The notes under the pieces were generated by a model. The model searched no databases. It saw nothing but the letters and a program-made list of their open reading frames with translations, and had not been told where the DNA came from. A DNA stretch of 64,000 bases, from positions 160,001-224,000 of the forward strand of contig CAWHXY010000007.1 of NCBI GenBank assembly GCA_963833575.1. The letters are read 5' to 3'. This document shows, one piece after another, positions 8,256-18,240 of the stretch. Within the stretch, counting starts at the first letter, position 1; every line of letters begins with the position of its first letter. This stretch comes from Candidatus Bathyarchaeota archaeon. GTDB lineage: Archaea; Thermoproteota; Bathyarchaeia; Bathyarchaeales; Bathycorpusculaceae. The translations under genes were made by a program, and so were the position numbers.

Positions 8256-9506
8256 ATGGCAACTGACGAAGTGCTCAGTTTACTAGTTGATTTCATAAAT
8301 AAAAATTCGAACGTAGCTGACATACAATGGGACCGACGCATGAGTCCACGGTTGCTTTTTAATCCGTACTCAGAAAAATATGAAGAGCGCAAAACGATTG
8401 CCCACTACTTTCTATTGGCTGCATCAATACTTGACGATACAGTCGTAGGTTACCCTGAAAATGCTCGCATGCTTCTTGGTTATCTTCATGAAGCCTTCGG
8501 AACGAGCCTTTTCGAAATAAAAAAAGGGCATATATTCGAAGAAGAAATCGTAAAATGCGATTTTTATCATGACTTGGGGCCAAACAAGAAAGCAGCATCA
8601 GAAATTTTAGCTTCAGTTAACTTATTTGTTAAGAATAATGCTGAAAGAAACTTGCTAAAATACGCCCAAAAATTCAGCAAGCCAAAAATTTTCGTTGATG
8701 ATATTTCGCAAAATATCAAAGCATTGGGTGGACCGCATGTTGATAAAGCATGGATTTATCTACGTTGGATGGTTCGGCCTCAACCTGACCTGCAAATCTA
8801 TGATCATCTGTTACCGGAAGACCTTTATGTTCCCTTAACAAAGGAAAATGCAAACGTCGCCGCCAGCTTAAGTTTAATACCTTCAGCTTCGCCGTCTTTG
8901 TGGCGAGATGAAAAAACAGCTGCTGATGGCAGGCAAAAAATAACTGATTTTGCAAAACGACTCTTTCCCTTAGACCCCGCAAAGGTTGACTATCCATTTT
9001 TCCTCTTAGGCAGATGGCTTAAACAAAAAACACTCAACCGCTACACATTGAAAACAGCGCTGGATTTTCTTGATCGCATGCAGACAATAACTGGTCAATC
9101 CCAAGCTTATTACCAAAAAATGAGCCGCTACAAAAGTGGATGGGAGAAAAAAACTGCTCTTACCCTTTTAAAAATGCATATTCCATACGGCTATGAAACT
9201 ATAAGCTTCCCATTACCTAACAATGAGGTTTATACCCCTGATTTCATTTTGGAAAAAAAACTCAATGGAAGAAAAATTGTACTTGAACCTCATTTTGAAA
9301 TGACTAAAACACAGGCTCGCAAATACGCGTTGTTCAAACGAACTTATGGTCACGAATTCATTCTGATACTTTTACTTAAAAACGATCTAATTCCGCTGTA
9401 TCATCAAAGAAAAATATTAACTGATGATGTTTGCGATGATGTTTGGCCAATTGAGTTTATTCATTTGTTAGCTGAAAAAATTAGAAGAGGAACCTACGGC
9501 GAGTAG
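8256..9506 (+). CDS. DUF2400/TIGR02757-like (HhH-GPD-related) domain fused to a T7 endonuclease I-like PD-(D/E)xK domain
   Basis: YLRWMVR.PDL...LYVPL...LFPLDPAKVDYPFFLLG; C-terminal YKSGWE...YGYE...YTPDFIL...LEPH. Confidence 0.75.
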   Translation: MATDEVLSLLVDFINKNSNVADIQWDRRMSPRLLFNPYSEKYEERKTIAHYFLLAASILDDTVVGYPENARMLLGYLHEAFGTSLFEIKKGHIFEEEIVKCDFYHDLGPNKKAASEILASVNLFVKNNAERNLLKYAQKFSKPKIFVDDISQNIKALGGPHVDKAWIYLRWMVRPQPDLQIYDHLLPEDLYVPLTKENANVAASLSLIPSASPSLWRDEKTAADGRQKITDFAKRLFPLDPAKVDYPFFLLGRWLKQKTLNRYTLKTALDFLDRMQTITGQSQAYYQKMSRYKSGWEKKTALTLLKMHIPYGYETISFPLPNNEVYTPDFILEKKLNGRKIVLEPHFEMTKTQARKYALFKRTYGHEFILILLLKNDLIPLYHQRKILTDDVCDDVWPIEFIHLLAEKIRRGTYGE

Positions 9507-9564
9507 CCATGTCTTTTCAGAGGCTGTTAATTAAGCAGCACGACCCAATGTTGCTGATGAAAGG

Positions 9565-9927
9565 ATGACGCAGGACAGTTTCAAACCAATAGTAGTATGG
9601 CTCGTTCTTAACGGAAAAACCGAAGAAGCACTCACACTGTTAGCAAAAAACTACAAAGTCAATGTTCCTGAACTCAAAGTCGGTTTACCAAAAGGGCACA
9701 AAATAAAAGCGTTCGGCTGCTATACGGCAAAAAATCAAACTATATCAGTTTTAAACAGCGACATATTGGTAAATCCATTTGTTATCGTGCATGAGTTTTA
9801 TCATCATTTGCGCAGTAAAGGGGTTGACGGAGTGCATCGTGGAACGGAAGGTAACGCTGACAAATTTGCTCTTGACTTCCTGAGGGAATATGAAGCAGCT
9901 GTAAAAAAAGCTCAGGAAGTTACTTAG
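9565..9927 (+). CDS. Small HExxH zinc metallopeptidase-like protein (ImmA/IrrE-like)
   Basis: VHEFYHH plus downstream E..AD.FA motif. Confidence 0.7.
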   Translation: MTQDSFKPIVVWLVLNGKTEEALTLLAKNYKVNVPELKVGLPKGHKIKAFGCYTAKNQTISVLNSDILVNPFVIVHEFYHHLRSKGVDGVHRGTEGNADKFALDFLREYEAAVKKAQEVT

Positions 9928-10331
9928 AAATCTTTTCCTAAGGCGGCAATTACCTCAATAGGTAATCTGTCAGCGTTGGAATCGTATGCTGCAACGCTGT
10001 TTAGACCTTCAAATGGGTACCCCACGATCATTAGGATTCGACCAAAAAAATAGTTCATATCCACATGGCTGGGTGAAATGTTGCCTGAAGGGTGGGAATG
10101 TACTGTGCCTACTAACGAAAAGTCTCCAGAAAACATGTAAGGGTTAAAGTGAGCAAATCCCTGCCCGTGAACGGCGAAGGGTGCTAGAACAAGATCTGTT
10201 ATTTTGATAATTCCTTTGTTCTTTTTGCCTCTTAACAATAGGAAGCTTTCTCTGGGGTAAAGTTGTTTGGCTCCATCGTAAATAGCGTCAAGTATATCTT
10301 TTGGAACCTGAACGAGGGTTGCTGTTGCCAT
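9924..10331 (-). CDS. JAB/MPN (JAMM) domain metalloprotease
   Basis: PRE...VGTVHSHPSG..SPSHVD. Confidence 0.9.
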   Translation of the reverse strand: MATATLVQVPKDILDAIYDGAKQLYPRESFLLLRGKKNKGIIKITDLVLAPFAVHGQGFAHFNPYMFSGDFSLVGTVHSHPSGNISPSHVDMNYFFGRILMIVGYPFEGLNSVAAYDSNADRLPIEVIAALGKDF

Positions 10332-10483
10332 GCAAAAAAGATGCCTGTGTTGGTTAATTACTTTTGCTTAACACTTTTTTATAAAGATATTGGGGAATTA
10401 TGTTTAAAACAAAAAGCCTGATTTACAGGACCAGTCGGTAAACATTTTAAGCGCGAGCGAAGTAGAAGTGTTGATTTGTCTGT

Positions 10484-10571
10484 GCCGAGGTGGCAGAGTG
10501 GTTAACGCGCGGGCCTTGAGAGCCCGTGGACTCTCGAGTCCGCATGGGTTCGAATCCCATCCTCGGCGCCA
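10484..10571 (+). tRNA. tRNA-Ser(TGA), encoded CCA
   Basis: GCCGAGG acceptor, CGGGC-CTTGAGA-GCCCG, long variable arm, TTCGAAT, G discriminator. Confidence 0.95.
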
Positions 10572-10666
10572 ACAGTTCTTTCTGGAGTTAAGGAAGTTTC
10601 AAGGTAAATTCTTCTTAGAAATGTGTGCTAAAAGAAAAAGGGATGAGGGAAAGGGGGATTTTGTGG

Positions 10667-11236
10667 TTATTCTACGGGACCAATGGGTAAAACTGTTTTT
10701 GCGTGTGCTTCGTTTAGGACTTCTGCTATTCCTAGGTAGACTGCGCTTGCGCCGCATATGACGCCTTCGATGCCAACGAATGTGTTGAATGTTATCGATC
10801 CAGACAATACGGGGTTGTTTGTTAACTCTCTAGTTGCCAGCATAAAGAACAGTACGGTTAGGCTGCCAAAGACGAATTGCAAGGCGCGGTTAGCTTTAAG
10901 GGTGCCAAAGAACATGCCAAACGTAAAGATGCCCCACATAATGAAGTACGCCGCCAACGAAGACGATGAAGGACCTGCGAATCCAGTGAATTTCGGCAGA
11001 ATCAGAAGCAGAACTAGACTCCACCAGAACAAGCCGTATGATAGGAATGCTACAGTGCCAAATGTGTTGCCTTTCTTAAACTCCATTATGCCAACGATTA
11101 TTTGGGCTATGCCGCCGTAAGCTATGCCCATTGCCAGAATGACTGTGTCGAGAGGAAAAACGCCCGCATTGACTAAGTTGAGAAGAACAGTAGTTACGCC
11201 AAAGCCAAGAAGCCCAAGAGGTGCAGGATTAGCCAA
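10667..11236 (-). CDS. Acetate/succinate uptake channel, GPR1/FUN34/YaaH (SatP) family
   Basis: [25 protein letters not shown] motifs. Confidence 0.92.
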   Translation of the reverse strand: MANPAPLGLLGFGVTTVLLNLVNAGVFPLDTVILAMGIAYGGIAQIIVGIMEFKKGNTFGTVAFLSYGLFWWSLVLLLILPKFTGFAGPSSSSLAAYFIMWGIFTFGMFFGTLKANRALQFVFGSLTVLFFMLATRELTNNPVLSGSITFNTFVGIEGVICGASAVYLGIAEVLNEAHAKTVLPIGPVE

Positions 11237-11309
11237 TTTTTGTATTATACTCGTTTTTATTTGCTCCTTTTTTTGTTGGATAGTGTTTTGTATGATTCAC
11301 ATAAATGGA

Positions 11310-11414
11310 TTATGAATTCTGAATCAGAGTCGGATTTAGAATAAGCGTTTATTTTACAGATTGCTCTTGAACTTATTCATATTCAGACTTAGAATCTGAT
11401 TCCAAAATTCATAA
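11310..11414. promoter_or_regulatory. Dyad-symmetric divergent promoter region
   Basis: TTATGAATTCTGAATCAGA (11310-11328) versus reverse complement of 11395-11414, TTATGAATTTTGGAATCAGA. Confidence 0.6.
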
Positions 11415-11457
11415 TTCATTTATATACAAACCGCAAGACTACGAACAAAAATAGACA

Positions 11458-12981
11458 ATGGAGAAAAAAATTATGGTAGACGACCCCCAAAAAAAGAACA
11501 CTGATTATGAAAAAACGATCGAAAACTTAGAAAAAGAAATTAAGAAACTAAAAATTACAAATACTGAACTCTTAAAATCGCAAGCCAAAGTGCTTGAAGA
11601 CGCAATTAAAGGCGCCAAAGATATCGTTAAGAGCAACGAAGAAACAATCAAGACAGGCCGCAAAATGGCAGAATTATCAAATACAGTAAACCAATCAGCA
11701 GGTGTTGTCGCAAAACTAGCTACAGAAACCACCTTAACTATAGAAAAAGTCGCAAGCGCAGCCAAAAACGTAGGAGATGTCGCTGGAAAGCTTACATCTA
11801 ATGCAGAAAACGCAACAAAAGCAAGCGGGCGTGTCCTAGAAATGGGCAGACAAGTCTCAAATGTTTCAAACCAAATGGCAATCGGCATGCAGCAAGTCAG
11901 CACCGCATCGCAGCAGGTATCTACTGGCGCTCAGAAACTTGCAGACTTATCACAAGGTGCAGCAAGAAACACTGAATCATTAAAAAAAGTTATGGACGAA
12001 GCAGGATTAATCGCACGCGAAGCAACAACTGTAACTGGCGAAGCTCTAAGGAAATCGAGAGAAGCTAATGAAAAAAGCCAAAAAGGCTTAAAGGCAATTG
12101 AAAACATCAAAACCGATATAACCAAAGTTTCCGATGCTGTCACTTCAATGGTTAATTCTGTAGAGCAAGTAGGTCAGATGGCTAATTCTGTATCGGATAT
12201 CGCTGGACAAACTAACATGCTAGCGTTAAACGCAGCAATTGAAGCAGCTAGGGCTGGCGAGGCAGGCAGAGGCTTCGCGGTAGTCGCTGATGCAGTTAAG
12301 GGCTTAGCCGGTCAATCAAAGGTCGCAGCTGGATCAGCTATAAATCTAGTGAAAAACATTAAAGACGCAGGCAACCAGACAAGCAGCATTTCTAAGCAGT
12401 CTCAACTAGGTGCCGAAGAAGGAGCCAACATAGTTCTAGGTGCTATCAAAGAATCTGAAGGCATCGCAACAATCATGGGCGACATGAATGACAAAGTAAA
12501 TAACCTGACAAATGGCGTTGAACGCGGACTTGATGCTATAAGTTCTGTTAGCAAAACTATTGAAGAAGTGGCAAGCATAGCTGAGGAAAGTTCCTCTGCC
12601 TCCGAAGAAGCATCATCAGCAGTAGAAGAGCAGACAGCAGCAGCACAACAAATGGCGGAAATCGCAAAAGATGTTTCGGACACGGCAGAAAACCTTGAAA
12701 ATATGTCCAAAACAGTCGCCTCAAATGCGCAAGAAATGTCTAAATTGGCAATCGGAGTAAGCGGCGATGCTGCAACGGTTGAAAAATCAGCTAAGGAAAT
12801 TGGCATGCAGATAGAAAAAGTTGCGGCTGCAACTCAAGCAGTTCGAGAGGAAGCATTGGCCTCAATTCAGGCAGGCGAAAAAACAAACGTTGATCTTCAG
12901 AAACTGATTGATTACCGCACAGGATTACTTAACGAAATTCTCACGAAATATAATGTCAAAAACAACAGTGAAGAACAATGA
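11458..12981 (+). CDS. Soluble methyl-accepting chemotaxis protein (no TM, no evident sensor domain)
   Basis: [30 protein letters not shown] hairpin tip; QQ/EE methylation heptads. Confidence 0.93.
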   Translation: MEKKIMVDDPQKKNTDYEKTIENLEKEIKKLKITNTELLKSQAKVLEDAIKGAKDIVKSNEETIKTGRKMAELSNTVNQSAGVVAKLATETTLTIEKVASAAKNVGDVAGKLTSNAENATKASGRVLEMGRQVSNVSNQMAIGMQQVSTASQQVSTGAQKLADLSQGAARNTESLKKVMDEAGLIAREATTVTGEALRKSREANEKSQKGLKAIENIKTDITKVSDAVTSMVNSVEQVGQMANSVSDIAGQTNMLALNAAIEAARAGEAGRGFAVVADAVKGLAGQSKVAAGSAINLVKNIKDAGNQTSSISKQSQLGAEEGANIVLGAIKESEGIATIMGDMNDKVNNLTNGVERGLDAISSVSKTIEEVASIAEESSSASEEASSAVEEQTAAAQQMAEIAKDVSDTAENLENMSKTVASNAQEMSKLAIGVSGDAATVEKSAKEIGMQIEKVAAATQAVREEALASIQAGEKTNVDLQKLIDYRTGLLNEILTKYNVKNNSEEQ

Positions 12982-13451
12982 TGCAAAACGTAACCCAAAC
13001 TGGGGACATACAAATCGTAAACTTCAACGTAGACTCAGTTGACTATGGTGTACCAGTAGAGCAAGTTCGTGAAGTCAGGGACATGCAATCCGTAACCCCA
13101 GTTCCAGGCTCCCCCATTTTCGTGGAAGGCGTCACAAACCTCAGAGGACAAATAATAACAGTGATGGATCTTCGGAAACGTTTAGGGCTGCCTCAGAAAA
13201 CTGGAGCAGGCGAAAAAATAATAATCATTGACATGGGCAAACACGCTGTCGGAATCATAGTAGACTCTGTTACCGAAGTTTCGACCATAAAAGACCCAGA
13301 TATCGAAAGAAATTCAGAAGTAACCTCATCACTAGACGGATCCATAATAGGCGTTGGAAAGCAAGGAAACCGTCTAACCATCATTCTTGACCTAGTCAAA
13401 ACAATCACAAAAGTAAAAGATCAACTGCCAGAAACACAAATACCTCAATAA
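12978..13451 (+). CDS. cheW: Chemotaxis adaptor CheW
   Basis: VREV...TPVPG...[15 protein letters not shown]...GIIVDSV; overlaps MCP stop. Confidence 0.93.
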   Translation: MMQNVTQTGDIQIVNFNVDSVDYGVPVEQVREVRDMQSVTPVPGSPIFVEGVTNLRGQIITVMDLRKRLGLPQKTGAGEKIIIIDMGKHAVGIIVDSVTEVSTIKDPDIERNSEVTSSLDGSIIGVGKQGNRLTIILDLVKTITKVKDQLPETQIPQ

Positions 13452-13537
13452 GAAGCTTAAAAGATTAAGTCATGCCAAGGAGAGGCCAAGACTTAACTCT
13501 TTATTCTTTTTTATTTCAACTAAAAAAATTTTGAGAA

Positions 13538-13921
13538 TTAAATCATTAAAAACTTTTGGGCAAATTCTCCCATGGCCTTGTTAAAGTTCGCCATCATTTG
13601 TGTTATAACTTCTCGTCCTTCATCCGTTAACTTGTAGACAGTTTTTCTTCCTTCTGGTACGCCTTTTATGAGCCCTTTGCGCTCAATCGAGTAAAGGGTT
13701 GCATATACAGTGCCTGGGCTCAACATTCCGCCAAAAGTTTCATTGACAAAGCCAATTACATCATATCCGCTTAAACCACTTTGCTTCTTCATTTCGGTCA
13801 AGATTAGTATGTCGAGAAAGTTTTTGACGACACGGATTTCAATCTCTCTTTGTGAATAACCTTTAATCCTTTTAGTTGCAGGTTCTTCGCTTTTTTTACG
13901 TGCGCCCAATTTTTTCCTCAC
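13538..13921 (-). CDS. PadR-family regulator
   Basis: SGYD...LSPGTVYATLYSIERKGLI...RKTVYKLTDEG. Confidence 0.9.
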   Translation of the reverse strand: MRKKLGARKKSEEPATKRIKGYSQREIEIRVVKNFLDILILTEMKKQSGLSGYDVIGFVNETFGGMLSPGTVYATLYSIERKGLIKGVPEGRKTVYKLTDEGREVITQMMANFNKAMGEFAQKFLMI

Positions 13922-14391
13922 GCTTTAGCAGTTTAGTACTTTATACATTATTAAACATTTCAAGTAAAGATTTTTGCTCTGAAAGTAGACATTTTTCCGC
14001 AGATACGTTGTAAATTTTCCATATTTTCAACAAATTATCTAAACTAACTCATTTATAGCTCTATTCTGAGATTGATAATCAAGCCAAATGGCTTAATCAT
14101 GTGCTTGCTCTTTTAACCAATTAGTTATAGCAAGGGCTTGATTTTGAGAGATTTGTAGTAAAGCTTTTAAGAATTGTAAAGATAGAAAGACCTGAACAGT
14201 GACAGAGAAGGTTAAACGGTGAGGATGGACTTTATTGGATGTGACATTATAGATTGCGCGCAGCAGCTGCTGTTGATAAAGTTAAGTCATGAAGTCCACG
14301 TCCATATGTTTGCTAACTTCAAGAGCCAAGAGAAACAGGTTAGCTTTATGTCTCAAAGCAAACTATATAGTTTAAGGATCAAGAAAATAGT

Positions 14392-15582
14392 ATGATAATA
14401 CTTGATTATGTAATTTCACTTATTTGGTTTTCTCCGTTTCTATACATTGTTGTTTTACTTTTTGGGAAAATATTTAACAAGACAAGAAAATCAACTCTTT
14501 TAAAACAAAAAGGTCAGTCTGAGAAAAAAATTGAAAACATTATCTTTCAGATACCCACGATAGGTAATGTTAAATCAGTAAATAAAATATTTGAAACGGT
14601 AAAAAACTATAATTTGCCTATCCCTTTAGAAACCTGGGTAATTGTTGAAGAATGGGATACACACAAGACTGAATATTTATGCGACAAGGTCGTTGTTGTT
14701 CCCAAAGACTTTGAATGCGAGGATTTGTACAAGGGTCGTGCATTAGAATACGCACGCAGATTAAGACAGAAATTAGTTGACGATAATAAACTGGGCTCAA
14801 ACTACATATTGCTTCAAGGCGACGACGATGCAGTGCCTAGTCTAGAATTCATAAAAGAATGTATAACCGTACAAGCTGACATACTGATTGGAACGATTAC
14901 CCCTCAAGTAAACGGCGTATGGAACACCATTCTTGATTATGAACGAAGTGTAGCCTGCGGAATCTTCTGCAATTTCTTCACAAACCTCGGTCAACCACTT
15001 TGGGCTCATGGCGAAGGCACCTGCATGAGTAGCCAAGTAGACAGGAACGTTTCATATGACATAAGCACCTTCACACATAATACTAAGCACAAATTAATAC
15101 TCAACGAAGACTCTTTTTACTTCCACAAAGCCGCATTAATGGGCTACAGCATCTTTAATTCAGAAGAAAAAATTTTCATACTCCCGCCATTCACTTTCAG
15201 CGATGCAGTGAAACAAAGACGCAGATGGCTTTGGGGGCAAGTAACAATTCTAAGTCAAAAAATGCTTCCTCTCCCAAACAGACTTAGGTTGAGCATAATA
15301 GGGTTTTCAGGATTATGGTTATTCTCACTTGGAACCATAGGATTACCATTATACTACTTGCGAATCGTAAATATCCCGTCTGTTCTCTTGCCATGGACAT
15401 TTATCAGTCTAGGCGTATGGCTTGCAACTAGAGCTTATACCATTGGCGTGTGTATGGGTTGGAAACATGCCCTTGCAGGTACCGCAGCAAGCTACCTGAC
15501 TGTCGCGTTAAACTTTATCACTCATTTAATAGGATTCCTAAAAGGGAACCCGCGAAAATTCGAAGTAATCCGCAAGGAATAA
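14392..15582 (+). CDS. Membrane GT2 glycosyltransferase (egghead/BRE-3-like)
   Basis: KGRAL, DDD, ED and QRRRW motifs with C-terminal TM helices. Confidence 0.85.
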   Translation: MIILDYVISLIWFSPFLYIVVLLFGKIFNKTRKSTLLKQKGQSEKKIENIIFQIPTIGNVKSVNKIFETVKNYNLPIPLETWVIVEEWDTHKTEYLCDKVVVVPKDFECEDLYKGRALEYARRLRQKLVDDNKLGSNYILLQGDDDAVPSLEFIKECITVQADILIGTITPQVNGVWNTILDYERSVACGIFCNFFTNLGQPLWAHGEGTCMSSQVDRNVSYDISTFTHNTKHKLILNEDSFYFHKAALMGYSIFNSEEKIFILPPFTFSDAVKQRRRWLWGQVTILSQKMLPLPNRLRLSIIGFSGLWLFSLGTIGLPLYYLRIVNIPSVLLPWTFISLGVWLATRAYTIGVCMGWKHALAGTAASYLTVALNFITHLIGFLKGNPRKFEVIRKE

Positions 15583-15639
15583 TCAGCTCTTATTCTGCTC
15601 TTCATAAAAACGACATGATTTCTCATACAAACTTATTTA

Positions 15640-16584
15640 CTATGAAGTTTCTGTTTTTCTTTTTAGCGTAAAACTCCGTTTTGTATTTGTAGCGGTATTG
15701 ACTATCTCGTTTACACTTAATGCAATAACAGCATATATTGGAATCCAATCATAGGGATAACTCTGCGAGATAACGAACCCGCTCGTTTCACTGCGCAAAA
15801 ATGTAAGACCAATGTTGTGGTAAAAGAAAAAAGGCAAATTTGTAATGGCAAGAAACGAGACAGTGCCTGCAATAAACGGGATCATCTGTTTTCTGTTGTA
15901 CCATAAAAGTAGCGGAAGCGCGAGAAGCGAAGCACGCGGATCGAATGCACTAAATGCAAATAGCAAAGAAGATACCCATGGTCTTTTGGTAAACCCAAAG
16001 TATAACGCTCCTACTAAGATGGTTGTTTGAAGCACGTGGGCATTCGCTAATGCATAACCTACATAGTAAGCTGGAGAGAACGACTGTGCATTCAAGCTAA
16101 AGAATCTGTACTGAATTAGGTTAAGAGCGGCCTGATTTATGGGCGGAGTCGGTAGGGGTTCTAACAAAATAATAATAGCTGCTGCAGCTGCAAAACCTAA
16201 GGTTTTGTCCTTAACAATTTTGTAAACAAAAAAAGCTAGAGCGGGAATCAAAGCAACTTGCATTATGTCAAAAACAGTAAGTGCATTCTGATAACTTAAG
16301 GCTAGGAAGGGTGCAAAAAGAATCAAAAAGGAAGGAGTGTACTTGAACGTTTGTGGTGCCGGTAGAATTTGGTAATCTCCCGGCTGAACGCCGCCCCAGT
16401 AGATTGCAGTTGGATTGTGGAACAAGCGCCATTCTCCTATGTAGTAAGCCGAGAAATCTCTTGCCCAAGAGGTCGATTCTGGTTTAGGTGTTTCAGGGAA
16501 AGCAAGGCAAAACGTGAACGCGTTTAACGCCACAGCTACTAAGATTGCTGATATAATTTTCTCATTTTTTGTGAGCGTTCTCAT
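15640..16584 (-). CDS. GT-C type membrane glycosyltransferase (GT87/DUF2029-like)
   Basis: DFSAYY...FKYTP.F..LFAPF..L pattern, polytopic. Confidence 0.7.
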   Translation of the reverse strand: MRTLTKNEKIISAILVAVALNAFTFCLAFPETPKPESTSWARDFSAYYIGEWRLFHNPTAIYWGGVQPGDYQILPAPQTFKYTPSFLILFAPFLALSYQNALTVFDIMQVALIPALAFFVYKIVKDKTLGFAAAAAIIILLEPLPTPPINQAALNLIQYRFFSLNAQSFSPAYYVGYALANAHVLQTTILVGALYFGFTKRPWVSSLLFAFSAFDPRASLLALPLLLWYNRKQMIPFIAGTVSFLAITNLPFFFYHNIGLTFLRSETSGFVISQSYPYDWIPIYAVIALSVNEIVNTATNTKRSFTLKRKTETS

Positions 16585-16745
16585 TTTTGCTTTACATCGC
16601 TTTATCCAGGTCTTATCCTATTTAATGGATAACCTTGAACCTTTTTTACAAGCAATATCAAAGAGGGTAATTAGTGCAAAATTGTTTACTAGATTAATTT
16701 ATTTTTTTGTCCAAATAACTTGAGAAGTTTGCATTCCATCCTTCC

Positions 16746-17192
16746 CTAGTATCTCACACTTAGATACAATAATATCGATAATGCAAAGAACTCAAATAAG
16801 CCTGGCAGAAACTCGAATGGTCCAAGTCCGTATGCTCGAAATCTAAAGAATGATATTATGAATGGGTTAGAGGTCAGGTCTTTCATCAGGAAAGCTAGCG
16901 CGAAAATTACGAGTCCTATAGTGAAATGTGAATGAGTTTTACGATAGACATCTATGTAAATCAAAGTCAAAACAATTAAGAGCGCTATGTTGATTGATGA
17001 GAGTATTGTATATCCCGCATAGAAAAATTCAAAGTCTCCTGGAAGAGAATTGACAGGGGCTATTCTCGTCTGAAACCCTGGAAACTGAGGTCTACTTTCA
17101 ATAAATACCCAAATAGTGGCAAGAATAGCTACTACTACCAAAATAGTAAAAATTATGCCAACTTTTAATCTCTTGTCCATTTGTCTCACCAT
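16746..17192 (-). CDS. Four-TM membrane protein co-transcribed with wHTH gene
   Basis: Hydrophobic ORF with Y..T.S.FTIGL..F. Confidence 0.75.
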   Translation of the reverse strand: MVRQMDKRLKVGIIFTILVVVAILATIWVFIESRPQFPGFQTRIAPVNSLPGDFEFFYAGYTILSSINIALLIVLTLIYIDVYRKTHSHFTIGLVIFALAFLMKDLTSNPFIISFFRFRAYGLGPFEFLPGLFEFFALSILLYLSVRY

Positions 17193-17210
17193 CTTCTCCT
17201 ACCCCTTTTT

Positions 17211-17513
17211 CTACTTTTTCCCGATTTTCTTCATAATCTCCTCAAACATCACGTAGTTCTCTTCCATAGTTTGTGAGAGAAAGTAGGTTGCACCATACCT
17301 ATCTCCGATGGATGTAATTATCTTGTTTTTTTCAAGAACTTCAAGATGATGCCGCATCGTTTTATAGTCCATTTTAAGCAAGGTTGCTAATTGATTTGCG
17401 TTTTGCGGAGTCTCTTTTAATGCCTCAATAATTTTTGCACGAGTTGGCCCGCCTCGGGTACCTGCTATTAACCACCCAAGCAAGTATTTTAGTGAACGGG
17501 CATTTGAAGACAT
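17211..17513 (-). CDS. ArsR-like winged-helix regulator
   Basis: GTRGGPTR.KII..L...P.NANQLA..L.MDYKT.RHHL.VL. Confidence 0.9.
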   Translation of the reverse strand: MSSNARSLKYLLGWLIAGTRGGPTRAKIIEALKETPQNANQLATLLKMDYKTMRHHLEVLEKNKIITSIGDRYGATYFLSQTMEENYVMFEEIMKKIGKK

Positions 17514-17633
17514 TTATAGGACTCCTTATTGGCAGAGATTCTTTCTCATTGTTAATCTTTGTCAAGTAATAAATGTGTTCTTCAAGACCATAGTTGTTGA
17601 AACTTACGTTGGCAACTTATCCATTAACAGGCT

Positions 17634-17982
17634 ATGGGATTTGGAAAACTTAGACGGTCACATAGGATGGGCATGAACAGAAGATTCAGAGGACCAGAAG
17701 CTTTTGGTTCTATCCAAGTAAGCTCTGACTTTACCCAAAACGTACCGAATATTGCAAAAAATGACACTGACGTTCCAAATCTTCTAAACCAAGGTTACAA
17801 CATAACTTCAGTTAGACCAGTAATCAACACAGTAATTGATGGAAACGGCCACATAGCTACCAAAGCCTTTAGCGCAGATTTAACCTTATAAAGGAGCAAT
17901 GGTAGAATTTGTGGTGGTTGACCTAACTCAAGCTAAAGTTACAAAGATTGTTAATCTGACAAGGACAGAAATCGACAAGTAA
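17634..17982 (+). pseudogene. Degraded gene remnant
   Basis: ORF stops at 17891 but protein-like reading (VVDLTQAKVTKIVNLTRTEIDK*) resumes in another frame to 17982, followed by a T-tract. Confidence 0.55.
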
Positions 17983-18240
17983 GCTTCACAATTTTTTCTT
18001 TTTCTTAATTATTCGCTACTTTTAACATGTCAAAAAAATGTACTTTTGCTTCTCGTTTCATGTTCACAAGATAAGGTGAGTGATTGTAGAATTCCTGACA
18101 AATCTTTCTCCTCAAGGCCAAAATGGAAAAACGACAAATTGATTTATTGTCAAGTGATAATAAAGAAACATTTGAAATATCATTTCTTAATAAAATAATT
18201 TGTTGTGCAATCAAATTAAGAAAAAGAGAAGGAGACCTAT

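Noticed and set aside
10468-10761. 97-aa ORF
   Set aside because: Overlaps tRNA-Ser and the end of the acetate channel gene
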